Of a stretch of 24,388 bases of DNA, positions 1-8,493 are shown piece after piece. The number at the start of each line of letters is the position of its first letter. Within the stretch, counting starts at the first letter, position 1. A program made the translations under genes and the position numbers. The DNA lies in the IMG/VR virus record IMGVR_UViG_3300044674_001151, positions 1 to 24,388 of that record. One strand, given 5' to 3'. This stretch comes from a virus. Its lineage: Duplodnaviria; Caudoviricetes. The notes beneath the pieces are model-generated. The model searched no databases. It was not told the DNA's origin and saw only the letters and a list, made by a program, of their open reading frames with translations.

Positions 1-213
1 CCGCCGCCACCGCCCGATCCGGTGATTGAGCCTGCGGCTGTGCAGGCGCAGACGCGCACGATTGAGGCGGCGAAAGCGAAAAAGGGATATCGCTCGACGA
101 TTATGACGCGCACGCCGGCGATCGGCGGCTCCAGTGGCGGCGGCATTCGCACTGGTGGGCTTGGCCTGCTGGAGCCGGCACCGGTCGCCAAGAAGAAGCT
201 GCTAGGTCAGTAG
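1..213 (+). CDS. small virion protein, T7 gp7.3-like/Bbp22-like (5' truncated)
   Basis: Frame 1 is open from base 1 (PPPPPDPVIEP...GYRSTIMT...KKKLLGQ*). A Pro-rich start, G.RSTI.T and a C-terminal K.LLG directly before the portal are typical of this position in BPP-1-like podoviruses. Confidence 0.7.
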   Translation, partial: PPPPPDPVIEPAAVQAQTRTIEAAKAKKGYRSTIMTRTPAIGGSSGGGIRTGGLGLLEPAPVAKKKLLGQ

Positions 214-214
214 T

Positions 215-1834
215 ATGGCTGAAGACGCGCGCGCGACTGCTCTGCTCAAGCGCTACAAGACGCTGCAGACTAACCGGCAGCACTGGGAGTCGCATTGGCA
301 GGAGGTTGCCGACTACATCGTGCCGCGAAAAGCGGACATCACGAAGAAGCGCACGGCCGGTGACAAGCGCACCGAGCTGATCTTCGACGGCACCGCCATC
401 CATGCTGCCGAGCTGATGGCAGCGAGCCTGCACGGGATGCTCACCAACGCTGCGACGCCATGGTTTTCGCTACGCTACCAGGACGACGAGATTAACAGCG
501 ACGACGAGGCCAAGGAGTGGCTGGAGGGCGCGAGCGACGTCATGTACCAGTACCTCGCGCGCAGCAATTTTCAAGAGCAGATCCACGAGCTCTACAGTGA
601 CCTGGTGACGTTCGGCACCGCCGTTATTTTCGTAGACGGGGACGACGACGGCGTGCGCTTCAGCACGCGCCACATCGCCGAGTGTTATGTCAGCGAGGAC
701 GCGCAAGGTCGCGTCGACACTGTTTACCGCAAGTACAAGACGACCGCGCGGGCGGCGCAGGCGCAGTTTACGAACCTGACGCGCCGCATCGAGAAGCTGG
801 CGCAGCAAGACCCCTACGCAGAGGTCGAGCTGCTGCACATCGTCATGCCCCGCGAGGAGCGCAATCCGAAGCTGCGCACGAAAAACAACAAGCCCTTCGC
901 GAGCATTTTCGTCGACCCTGACGAAAAACAAATCCTGGGCGAGGGCGGCTTCGACGAGCTGCCCTACATGGTCCCGCGTTTTCTCAAGGCGTCATTCGAG
1001 CTCGGCTACGGCAGATCGCCGAGCATGACCGCGCTCCCCGACACCAAAATGGTCAACAAGATGTCGGAGATCGTGATCCGCGCGAGCCAGCTGCAGATCC
1101 ACCCGCCGATGATGGTGCCGGACGATGGCTTCATGTTGCCTGTACGTACAACACCCGGTGGGTTGAACTTTTACCGATCGGGCACCAGAGACCGCATCGA
1201 GCCGCTCAACATTGGCGCCAATAATCCGATCGGCGAGCAGCAGCTCGAGCAGCGCCGCCAGGCGATCCGCGCGGCGTTCTACGTCGACCAGCTGATTCTG
1301 GGCACCGGCCCAACCATGACGGCGACTGAGGTTATCCAGAGAACAGAGGAAAAGATGCGACTGCTTGGCCCCGTCTTGGGACGCCTGCAGGCGGAGCTGC
1401 TCCAGCCCCTCATCAACCGCGTCTTCAACATTTTGGCGCGCAAGCGCGCGTTCAAGCCTGCTCCCGCAAGCCTGCGAGATGGCGACATTGACATTGAGTA
1501 TGTGAGCCCACTCGCCAAGGCGCAGCGCTCGGGAGACGTACAGAGCATCCTGCAGATGATCGAGTTCTTGGCGCCGCTGACGCAGATCGACCAAAGCGTT
1601 CTGGACTACCTCGACGTCGACGGCATGGCGAAGCACATCATTAGGGTGACTGGCACGCCGGCCACCGTCGTGCGCGGCGAGGGCGAGGTGGCGCAACTGA
1701 GAGAGCAACGCGCTGCGCAGGCTGCGCAGCAGGCTGAACTGCAGACTATGCAGAGTCTGGCGACGAGCGCTGGCGAGGCGGCGCCGGCGCTGCGTGCCGT
1801 CGAGGACAGCCCGACGCTGCAAGGCATGGCATGA
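215..1834 (+). CDS. portal / head-to-tail connector protein
   Basis: 539 aa; motifs WESHWQEVADYIVP, LVTFGTA, YGRSP, MTATEV..R.EEK..LLGP..GRLQ.ELL.PLI.R, YVSPLA.AQ match the T7 gp8/Bbp21 head-tail connector family. Confidence 0.95.
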   Translation: MAEDARATALLKRYKTLQTNRQHWESHWQEVADYIVPRKADITKKRTAGDKRTELIFDGTAIHAAELMAASLHGMLTNAATPWFSLRYQDDEINSDDEAKEWLEGASDVMYQYLARSNFQEQIHELYSDLVTFGTAVIFVDGDDDGVRFSTRHIAECYVSEDAQGRVDTVYRKYKTTARAAQAQFTNLTRRIEKLAQQDPYAEVELLHIVMPREERNPKLRTKNNKPFASIFVDPDEKQILGEGGFDELPYMVPRFLKASFELGYGRSPSMTALPDTKMVNKMSEIVIRASQLQIHPPMMVPDDGFMLPVRTTPGGLNFYRSGTRDRIEPLNIGANNPIGEQQLEQRRQAIRAAFYVDQLILGTGPTMTATEVIQRTEEKMRLLGPVLGRLQAELLQPLINRVFNILARKRAFKPAPASLRDGDIDIEYVSPLAKAQRSGDVQSILQMIEFLAPLTQIDQSVLDYLDVDGMAKHIIRVTGTPATVVRGEGEVAQLREQRAAQAAQQAELQTMQSLATSAGEAAPALRAVEDSPTLQGMA

Positions 1835-2079
1835 CGCCGAAAGAACTGCGAGCGACCTACCGGCAGATCTTCACAAGCGACGACGGCAAGGTCGTGCTCG
1901 AGGATCTCGCCAAGCGCTTCAACATTCACTCAACCAGCTTCTCGAAAGATCCGCACGAAACGGCCTTTCGCGAAGGGCAGCGCGATGTCGTGCTGTTCAT
2001 CCAATCAACAATCGAAGAGGTAAATGACCGTGTCAGAAGAGCAGGTAGCGGAGGCCGCGGAAGCGACAACCCCGTCTGA
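1831..2079 (+). CDS. Bbp19-like phage protein
   Basis: Y..IF.S.DG..VL.DL...F and D..ETAFREGQR.VVL.I motifs; ATGA overlap with the portal stop; usual position between portal and scaffold. Confidence 0.8.
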   Translation: MTPKELRATYRQIFTSDDGKVVLEDLAKRFNIHSTSFSKDPHETAFREGQRDVVLFIQSTIEEVNDRVRRAGSGGRGSDNPV

Positions 2080-2830
2080 CGACTGGAGATCAGCTCTAGA
2101 CCCGACCATTGCGGGCGACCCTAGCATTCAGCATATCGGGTCGGTCGAAGCGATGGCGAAGAGTTACATCAACGCGCAGCGCATGGTAGGCGCTGAAAAG
2201 ATTGCGGTACCCGGCAGCTGGGCTACCGAGGACGACTGGGCTGCCGTCTATAACAAGCTCGGCAGGCCGGAAAGTGCTGACGGCTACGAGCTGGAATTAG
2301 GCGACAACACCGACGCTGACTTTACCGATTGGTTTCGCAGCGCCGCGCACTCGGTCGGCTTGTCGTCGAGCCAGGCGCAGAAACTTGCCGCCGCCTACGG
2401 CGAATACGCCGGCCAGGCGCAGCAGCTGAGCGAGCAGCAGCTCGACGCGCGCCAGGCCGAAATTGAGGCCGCTCTGCGCAAGGAGCACGGCGGTGACTTC
2501 GACGCCAAGCTGGCGGGTGCGCAGGAGATGCTGCGCGAGCTCGATGCGGCCGATTTCACTGAGATCGCGCTCGCTGACGGCAGCCTGCTCGGCGACAACC
2601 CGCAGCTGATCGGCATGCTGATCAAGGTCAGCGAGCACATCAAGAATGTGACAGGCGAGGACACGCTGGCCGGCCGCGATAGCAGGCCCGGCCTGAGTGC
2701 GCAGGACGTACAGGACCGGATCAGCGAGCTGACGCAGCAGGGCAGCCCCTACTGGGAGAAGATGCATCCCGACCACGCCCGCATCGTCAATCAGGTAAAC
2801 GAGCTCTACGAGCAGCTCCATGCCGAATGA
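2024..2830 (+). CDS. capsid assembly scaffolding protein
   Basis: 268 aa, acidic and helical; AKSY.NAQ..VG..KI..P, Y.KLGRPE....Y, PYW...HPDH motifs; lies upstream of the major capsid gene; GAGG RBS. Confidence 0.85.
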   Translation: MTVSEEQVAEAAEATTPSDDWRSALDPTIAGDPSIQHIGSVEAMAKSYINAQRMVGAEKIAVPGSWATEDDWAAVYNKLGRPESADGYELELGDNTDADFTDWFRSAAHSVGLSSSQAQKLAAAYGEYAGQAQQLSEQQLDARQAEIEAALRKEHGGDFDAKLAGAQEMLRELDAADFTEIALADGSLLGDNPQLIGMLIKVSEHIKNVTGEDTLAGRDSRPGLSAQDVQDRISELTQQGSPYWEKMHPDHARIVNQVNELYEQLHAE

Positions 2831-2996
2831 CGAGGAAACGAAGCTCGAGTGCCTGCGCCTTGCCGTCGAGTTCGGCGCGCAGATTAACATTGAGAACCCA
2901 ATGTCCCTGGCGGAAAAATACTTCGCCTGGGTCACCGAAAAATCCGCGGATAAGCGAAACGCCCCGCGGCGCAAGCCTGTGAGCAAGGCAGAGTAG
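2820..2996 (+). CDS. small hypothetical protein (58 aa), not in the ORF track
   Basis: Hand translation: MPNDEETKLECLRLAVEFGAQINIENPMSLAEKYFAWVTEKSADKRNAPRRKPVSKAE*. The start overlaps the scaffold end and the ORF fills the gap before the capsid leader; it is shorter than any ORF in the track. Confidence 0.7.
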   Translation: MPNDEETKLECLRLAVEFGAQINIENPMSLAEKYFAWVTEKSADKRNAPRRKPVSKAE

Positions 2997-3040
2997 TCGG
3001 CTTAACCGACAGTGAGCCGGGCGCAAGCCCGATAACCCAC
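2996..3040 (+). promoter_or_regulatory. structured leader upstream of major capsid gene (two hairpins)
   Basis: GTCGG-CTTAA-CCGAC (2996-3010) and CGGGC-GCAA-GCCCG (3018-3031, GNRA tetraloop); AGGAG RBS at 3068-3072. Confidence 0.4.
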
Positions 3041-3080
3041 GCAGGACCATCTTCATCAACCAACTGTAGGAGCACCTGTT

Positions 3081-3941
3081 ATGTCTACGCAGGTCACTAC
3101 GGCGTTCGTCAATCAGTTTTCCGCGAACGTCGCTATGCTCTCGCAGCAGATGGGATCTCTGCTGAGAGGGGCCGTTGACACCGAAAGTGTCACCGGCGAA
3201 AAGGCTTTCTTCGATCAAATCGGAGAGGCCGCTGCGGTTGCACGCACGTCCCGCCACGGCGACACGCCGCTGGTGGAGACGCCGCACAGCCGCCGCATGG
3301 TCAGCCTCACCACTTACGAGTGGGCCGACCTCATCGACGATGCCGACAAAGTCCGCATGCTTATCGATCCGACGTCCAGCTACGCTCGCGCAGCTGCCGC
3401 CGCGATCGGTCGCTCGATGGATGACGTCATCATCGACGCACTTGGCGGTACCGCCAAGACTGGCAAAGACGGTTCGACCTCCACGGCGTTCCCGTCGGCC
3501 CAGAAGATCGCGGTTGCTTCGAGCGGCTTGACCATTGCGAAATTGGTCAGCGCAAAGAAGCTGCTCGACAAAAACAATGTCGATCCGTCGATCAAGCGTT
3601 ACATCGTCGTCTCGCCTGAGCAGATCGAAGACCTGCTCAATTCGACCACTGTCACTTCGGCCGACTTCAACACTGTGAAGGCGCTGGTCCAGGGTGACAT
3701 CAACACCTTCGTCGGTTTCGAGTTTATCGTATCCAACCGCCTGAGCGTAGACGGCAGCAACGATCGCCTCTGCTACGCTTTTGCGCAGGATGGCGTGAAG
3801 CTCGCCGTCGGCAAGGACGTGATGGCTCGCATCGACGAGCGCAACGACAAGTCTTACTCGACGCAGGTCTATTACTGCGCGACCTTCGGTGCGACCCGCA
3901 TGGAAGAAGACAAGGTCGTTGAAATCGCGTGCTCTGAGTAA
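3081..3941 (+). CDS. major capsid protein
   Basis: 286 aa; MSTQVTTAFV.QFS.NV..LSQQ.GS.LR, TPHSRR, AA.A.GR.MDD.II, DFN.VKALVQG.I.TF.GF.F motifs typical of Bbp17/HTVC010P-type capsids; strong RBS. Confidence 0.93.
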   Translation: MSTQVTTAFVNQFSANVAMLSQQMGSLLRGAVDTESVTGEKAFFDQIGEAAAVARTSRHGDTPLVETPHSRRMVSLTTYEWADLIDDADKVRMLIDPTSSYARAAAAAIGRSMDDVIIDALGGTAKTGKDGSTSTAFPSAQKIAVASSGLTIAKLVSAKKLLDKNNVDPSIKRYIVVSPEQIEDLLNSTTVTSADFNTVKALVQGDINTFVGFEFIVSNRLSVDGSNDRLCYAFAQDGVKLAVGKDVMARIDERNDKSYSTQVYYCATFGATRMEEDKVVEIACSE

Positions 3942-3956
3942 GAGGAGGGATGAACA

Positions 3957-4433
3957 ATGGCTACTGTTTACAGTAATGTTCGGACCGACCTGACTCAGGA
4001 CGATCCGAAGGAGTTCGTCAAAGCTAACCAGCTTGGCGGTTCCGTTCGTGTCGCGCATGCGACTTACGAGGCGGCAAGCCTGTCCGCGTCAGACGTCATC
4101 GAGATGTTCTCGCTCCCCCAAGGGGCGCGTATTCTCGGCGGCTATCTGTACAACGACGCGCTTGGCGCTAGCACGACGCTCTCGGTCGGCCACGCGGCCT
4201 ACACTGACAGCTCGGGCTCAACCGTTGCGCTTGACGCCGACGAGTATCTCGCTGCCACGTCGACCAGCTCTGCTGGTCGCAACGACGTCGCCGCGACGCT
4301 CGCGCTGTCTGCCAACACCGCTGTCGACATCGATGCGTCGGCAATCGACAACGAGTTCGTCGTCACGGTCACGCTCGCAGGCGCCAGCGCCACGGGCACG
4401 ATCGAGCTGATGATGCTCTACGTCGTAGACTAA
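3957..4433 (+). CDS. probable capsid decoration / minor capsid protein
   Basis: 158 aa, beta-rich (D.IEMFSLP.GARI..G, G.I.L...YVVD*); GAGGAGG RBS; directly after the capsid gene and before the terminator. Confidence 0.65.
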   Translation: MATVYSNVRTDLTQDDPKEFVKANQLGGSVRVAHATYEAASLSASDVIEMFSLPQGARILGGYLYNDALGASTTLSVGHAAYTDSSGSTVALDADEYLAATSTSSAGRNDVAATLALSANTAVDIDASAIDNEFVVTVTLAGASATGTIELMMLYVVD

Positions 4434-4436
4434 GCG

Positions 4437-4465
4437 AAATGGGGGAGCCTTTGGCTCCCCCATTT
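4437..4465 (+). terminator. hairpin terminator after the capsid genes (T7 Tphi-equivalent position)
   Basis: Perfect 13-bp inverted repeat AAATGGGGGAGCC-TTT-GGCTCCCCCATTT with a short U tail, which would fit partial readthrough into the tail genes. Confidence 0.75.
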
Positions 4466-4480
4466 GTTCGAGGACACACA

Positions 4481-5071
4481 ATGGCATCTGACGTCGATAT
4501 TTGTAACTCAGCGTTGAACATGCTGGGCGCGAGCAACATCGTTTCGCTCACGGAAGACAGCCGTGCCGGTCGTGTCTGCAACCAGCGCTACAACTTCGTG
4601 CGCGACGCCGTCATGCGCGCCCACCCGTGGAACTGTTTAGTGCAGCGCGCCAGCGTCGCGGCTGACGCCACGGCGCCTGCTTTCGAGTTCGACTACGCGC
4701 ACACGTTGCCGACTAACCCCTATTGCTTGCGGGTTCTGCGGCCGCAAGATCCTGACACAGTATTCCGCGTCGAGGGCCGCAAGATTTTAAGCAACACGAC
4801 GCCGTTCAAGTTTATCTACATCGCGCGAATAACCGATCCAAACGAGTACGATCAGCTCTTCATTGAGTCTTTGGCGGCGCGCCTAGCGGCGGATATTAGC
4901 TACGCCCTGGTCAACAGTAACGCGCTCACCCAATCGCTCTTTGCGCTTTACGAGTCGAAGCTCAGCGAGGCGCGCTTCGTGGACGCGACCGAGGGGACGC
5001 CAGACAACCTCGTCAATATCGATCGTGCGCAGTACGTCGAAAGCGATCTGCTGATCTCTTCGAGGTTCTGA
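4481..5071 (+). CDS. tail tubular protein A (adaptor, T7 gp11-like)
   Basis: Start moved to ATG 4481 (AGGA RBS; the track start at 4439 lies in the terminator). MAS.VDICN.AL..LGA..I.SLTE, R.HPWN, LAARLAA.I motifs. Confidence 0.88.
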   Translation: MASDVDICNSALNMLGASNIVSLTEDSRAGRVCNQRYNFVRDAVMRAHPWNCLVQRASVAADATAPAFEFDYAHTLPTNPYCLRVLRPQDPDTVFRVEGRKILSNTTPFKFIYIARITDPNEYDQLFIESLAARLAADISYALVNSNALTQSLFALYESKLSEARFVDATEGTPDNLVNIDRAQYVESDLLISSRF

Positions 5072-7539
5072 TGCCGAAAGCCACCAAGGCCTTCACCAAT
5101 TTCACTGCCGGCGAGATAACCCCGCGGCTTTTCGCGCGGACAGACCTTGCGAAGTATGACAACGGCGCAGAGACGGTCGAGAACTATTTGGTTCAACCGC
5201 ACGGCGGCTTGTCGCGCCGCGCCGGTACGCGCTTTGTCTGCGAGGTGAAGAGCAGCGCTGCCGCCGTGCGGCTGATCCCTTTCGAATTTAATGTCGAGCA
5301 GACCTATGTTCTCGAGTTTGGCAACAACTACTTCCGCGTTCTGAAGGATGGCGGTCAGGTCGAGTCAGGGGGATCGCCGGTCGAAGTGGTGACGCCTTAC
5401 GCCACGGCCGATCTGGATAACCTGAAGTTCGCGCAGTCTGCGGACGTCATGTATGTGGTGAGCCCGAGCTACACAATTCGGAAAATCACGCGCACGAGCC
5501 ACACCGCGTGGACGATCACTGAAGTGGACTTGGCTCGTGGCCCGATGCTGGACGTCAACTCGACGACGACGACAATTACCAGTAACGGCCGATCGGGCAG
5601 CGTTACGTTGACGGCTAGCGGATCGATCTTCGCCAGTACAGACGTCGGCCGCCTTGTTAAATTGCAGGACGGATTCGCGAAGATCACCAACTACAGCTCC
5701 GGCACGTCGGTGACGGCGACGATACAGGCGCTGGAAGACGGCCGAAGCGAGATCGCGCCGGACTACACTGCAACAACGCTTAGTTTCCACGAGGGCGACC
5801 CGAGCGCCACCGGCCTCGAGCACAACGATCGCATCCAAGACTCGGCTGGCGACTTTATCAACCAGGGCTTTAAGGCCGGCCAGACGGTTGTCGTAAGCGG
5901 CACGGCCAGCAACAACAGCACCAGCGGATACCTAATCGTCGACGTTACGGATAGCGTGCTGACTCTGGCGCCCGGCTATGATCTCGCTGACGAAGGCGCG
6001 GGCTCGAGCTTTACCGTTCAGGGCAAGCTCGTCGCAGACAAGAATTGGGCGCTTGGCGCTTTCAGCGACACTACAGGCTATCCGCGCTCGGTTGCATTCT
6101 ACGAGCAGCGCCTCGTTTTTGGCGGCACAAGCAATCAGCCGCAGACGCTGTTTTTCAGCCAGAGCGGCGATTTCGAGAACTTCGAGGCCGGCGTCCAAGA
6201 CGACGACGGCATGGTCTACACGATCGGCTCAAACGAAGTGAACGTGATCCGCTATCTGAGCAGCACGCGGAGCCTGATCGCAGGCACAAGCGGCGGCGAG
6301 TTCATCGTGCGATCTGGCGGCGCCGACAACCCAATTACGCCGACGTCGATTCAGATCAAGCAGCAGACCAACTACGGCTCTGCGGACCATACGCCAGCGC
6401 AGGTTGGCAACACTGTGCTGTTTCTTCAGCGCGCCAAGCGCAAGCTGCGGGAGCTGCAATTCAACTTCGACGTTGACGGCTACGTTGCGCCAGATCTGAC
6501 GCTGATCAGCGAGCACATAACTGAAGGCGGTCTCGTCGAGCTGACTTATCAGCAGGAGCCGGATGGCGTGATTTGGGCCGTGCGAGCTGACGGGCAACTC
6601 GCCTGCATGACATACAAGCCGGAAGAAAAGATCGTTGGCTGGACGCGCCAGAAGATCGGCGGATCGTTTGGTGCCGGTGATGCCGTCGTTGAGCGAGTAA
6701 CGGCGCTGCCTGGCGACCTCGACGAGGACGAGGTCTACATGGTCGTCAAGCGCACCATAAATGGCGGCACCAAGCGCTACATCGAGTACATCAGGGACTT
6801 CGAGTTCGGAACAAATATCAATGACGCGATATTCGTCGACAGCTCGCTTACCTATACAGGCGTGACGACGACTTTGGACGGCGACATAGCGTCTGGCGCG
6901 ACGACGATTACGTTGACGGATGCGAGCTCTTTCAACAGCTCCGGCGCCGTCAAGATCAACAATGAGATCATCACCTACAGCGGGAAAAGCAGTAATGACC
7001 TTACGGGTTGTGTACGTGGCGTCACGTCTGTTGCGGCTGCACATACATCGGGCGACACCGTCACGCAGGCGGCGATCTCGCTTAGTGGCCTCGACCATCT
7101 TGAAGGCGAGACGGTTGATATCCTGGCCGACGGCGCTGTTCACGCGAGTAAAACAGTTTCTAGTGGCGCAGTCACGCTAGACCGCTACGTCGCAAAGGCT
7201 CACGCCGGCTTGCCGTACACCTCCACGCTGCGGACCTTGCGGGTGGATGCGGGCAGCGCGCTTGGCAGCGCTCAAGGCAAGCTCAAGCGCATCAGCGAAG
7301 TCACCGTGCGGCTTTATCGCAGCGTCGGCTTGTCGATCGGCGACGATAGTCTCGACGTGCTGCCGTTCCGCAGCTCGGCTGACGAAATGAACGAGTCGCT
7401 GCCGCTCTACACCGGCGACAAAGAGATCGAGTTCCGCGGTGGGTTCGATAGCGACGGACAGATCATCGTGAAACAAACGCAACCGTTGCCGCAGACCATT
7501 TTGGGCGTCTTCGCGACGCTCACGACATTTGATCAGTAG
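5071..7539 (+). CDS. tail tubular protein B (nozzle, T7 gp12-like)
   Basis: 822 aa; NFTAGE..P.L..R.D...Y, RLIPFEF, AQSADV, YP..V.FYEQRL.F, Q..P.P.TI motifs; follows tube A. Confidence 0.9.
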   Translation: MPKATKAFTNFTAGEITPRLFARTDLAKYDNGAETVENYLVQPHGGLSRRAGTRFVCEVKSSAAAVRLIPFEFNVEQTYVLEFGNNYFRVLKDGGQVESGGSPVEVVTPYATADLDNLKFAQSADVMYVVSPSYTIRKITRTSHTAWTITEVDLARGPMLDVNSTTTTITSNGRSGSVTLTASGSIFASTDVGRLVKLQDGFAKITNYSSGTSVTATIQALEDGRSEIAPDYTATTLSFHEGDPSATGLEHNDRIQDSAGDFINQGFKAGQTVVVSGTASNNSTSGYLIVDVTDSVLTLAPGYDLADEGAGSSFTVQGKLVADKNWALGAFSDTTGYPRSVAFYEQRLVFGGTSNQPQTLFFSQSGDFENFEAGVQDDDGMVYTIGSNEVNVIRYLSSTRSLIAGTSGGEFIVRSGGADNPITPTSIQIKQQTNYGSADHTPAQVGNTVLFLQRAKRKLRELQFNFDVDGYVAPDLTLISEHITEGGLVELTYQQEPDGVIWAVRADGQLACMTYKPEEKIVGWTRQKIGGSFGAGDAVVERVTALPGDLDEDEVYMVVKRTINGGTKRYIEYIRDFEFGTNINDAIFVDSSLTYTGVTTTLDGDIASGATTITLTDASSFNSSGAVKINNEIITYSGKSSNDLTGCVRGVTSVAAAHTSGDTVTQAAISLSGLDHLEGETVDILADGAVHASKTVSSGAVTLDRYVAKAHAGLPYTSTLRTLRVDAGSALGSAQGKLKRISEVTVRLYRSVGLSIGDDSLDVLPFRSSADEMNESLPLYTGDKEIEFRGGFDSDGQIIVKQTQPLPQTILGVFATLTTFDQ

Positions 7540-7966
7540 CTACCGCGCCGGCCATCTTGAGGCGATCTACGCCGGCGGCCTCAACCACGAGCCTGGAGAG
7601 GACACGATTGCCTTCGGCGAGCACGCCGCCGCGCTGCAGATCGAGGGCATGAGCTACACATATCTAGTCGACGGCGTGCCCATTCTTTGCGCCGGCGTGG
7701 CGCCGCTATGGCCCGGCGTTGGCGAGGGGTGGGCGGTGGCGTCGCAGCATATCTATCGCCACGGCGTGAGCGCCGCGCGGGCAGCGCGCAGGGGCTTTTC
7801 GGACATTATTGAGCGCAGTCAGCTGCACCGCGTGCAAACCGCCGTGTTAGTTGGCGCGCCGCGGCTATCGCGGTTTGCGCAGTTTCTCGGGTTTGAGCGC
7901 GAAGGTCTCATGCGCGCATACGGCAGCGACCGAAAAGACTACGAGCTCTACAGCAGGGTGATGTGA
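7529..7966 (+). CDS. GNAT-fold protein at the T7 gp13 position
   Basis: 145 aa, TTG start; G...LWPGVGEGW, RVQT.V, RFA.FLGF.REG.MR.YG motifs characteristic of phage acetyltransferase-like gp13 analogues. Confidence 0.7.
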   Translation: MISSYRAGHLEAIYAGGLNHEPGEDTIAFGEHAAALQIEGMSYTYLVDGVPILCAGVAPLWPGVGEGWAVASQHIYRHGVSAARAARRGFSDIIERSQLHRVQTAVLVGAPRLSRFAQFLGFEREGLMRAYGSDRKDYELYSRVM

Positions 7967-8493
7967 TGGTGAAACCTCTACTTTTTGCGGCCGGCACCGC
8001 GGTACAAGTGGCGGGGCAGGTGGCGGCTGCGCGTGCGACGCGCGCTGCGGGCCAGGCGGCTTACGCGACCGCCGAATACAATGCTTCGATTCGCGATCGC
8101 AACGCAGAGGTTGCGCGTAACGAAGCCGCACTGCGCGAGCGCGTCGGTGATCGCGAAATCCGCAACTTCACGAAGCGCTACGGCGATCTGCGGGCGCAGG
8201 CTATTACGCGCTACCGCGCCAGTGGCGTCATCGCTACCACTGGCACACCGCTGCAAGTCCTTCTAAACAGCGACACCGAAGCCGAGGAGGAAAAGCAGAT
8301 GATCGGCCTGGTGGCGCGTACAGAAGCCGGGCGTATCCGCGAGAGTGGCGTCAACGAAGAGCTGGCTGGTCGCCTGACATTGCTCGAAGGCGCACAGCAG
8401 CGACGCGCGGCAGAGACCAAGTCGCGGAGTCAGATGTTCAGTGCGCTGACGACAGCCGCGTTTGGTGCTTACAGGTACAGCCAGATCACATGA
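7966..8493 (+). CDS. internal virion protein (T7 gp14-like)
   Basis: About 175 aa, Ala-rich, hydrophobic N-terminus, A.YNA, A.SGV...GTPL motif; first gene of the ejection block. Start may be GTG 7963. Confidence 0.7.
   Translation: MVKPLLFAAGTAVQVAGQVAAARATRAAGQAAYATAEYNASIRDRNAEVARNEAALRERVGDREIRNFTKRYGDLRAQAITRYRASGVIATTGTPLQVLLNSDTEAEEEKQMIGLVARTEAGRIRESGVNEELAGRLTLLEGAQQRRAAETKSRSQMFSALTTAAFGAYRYSQIT

Noticed and set aside
3939-3959. Capsid readthrough/frameshift fusion like T7 10A/10B
   Set aside because: The next gene is in the same frame, but two stops intervene (TAA, TGA), it has its own strong RBS, and I saw no slippery sequence.
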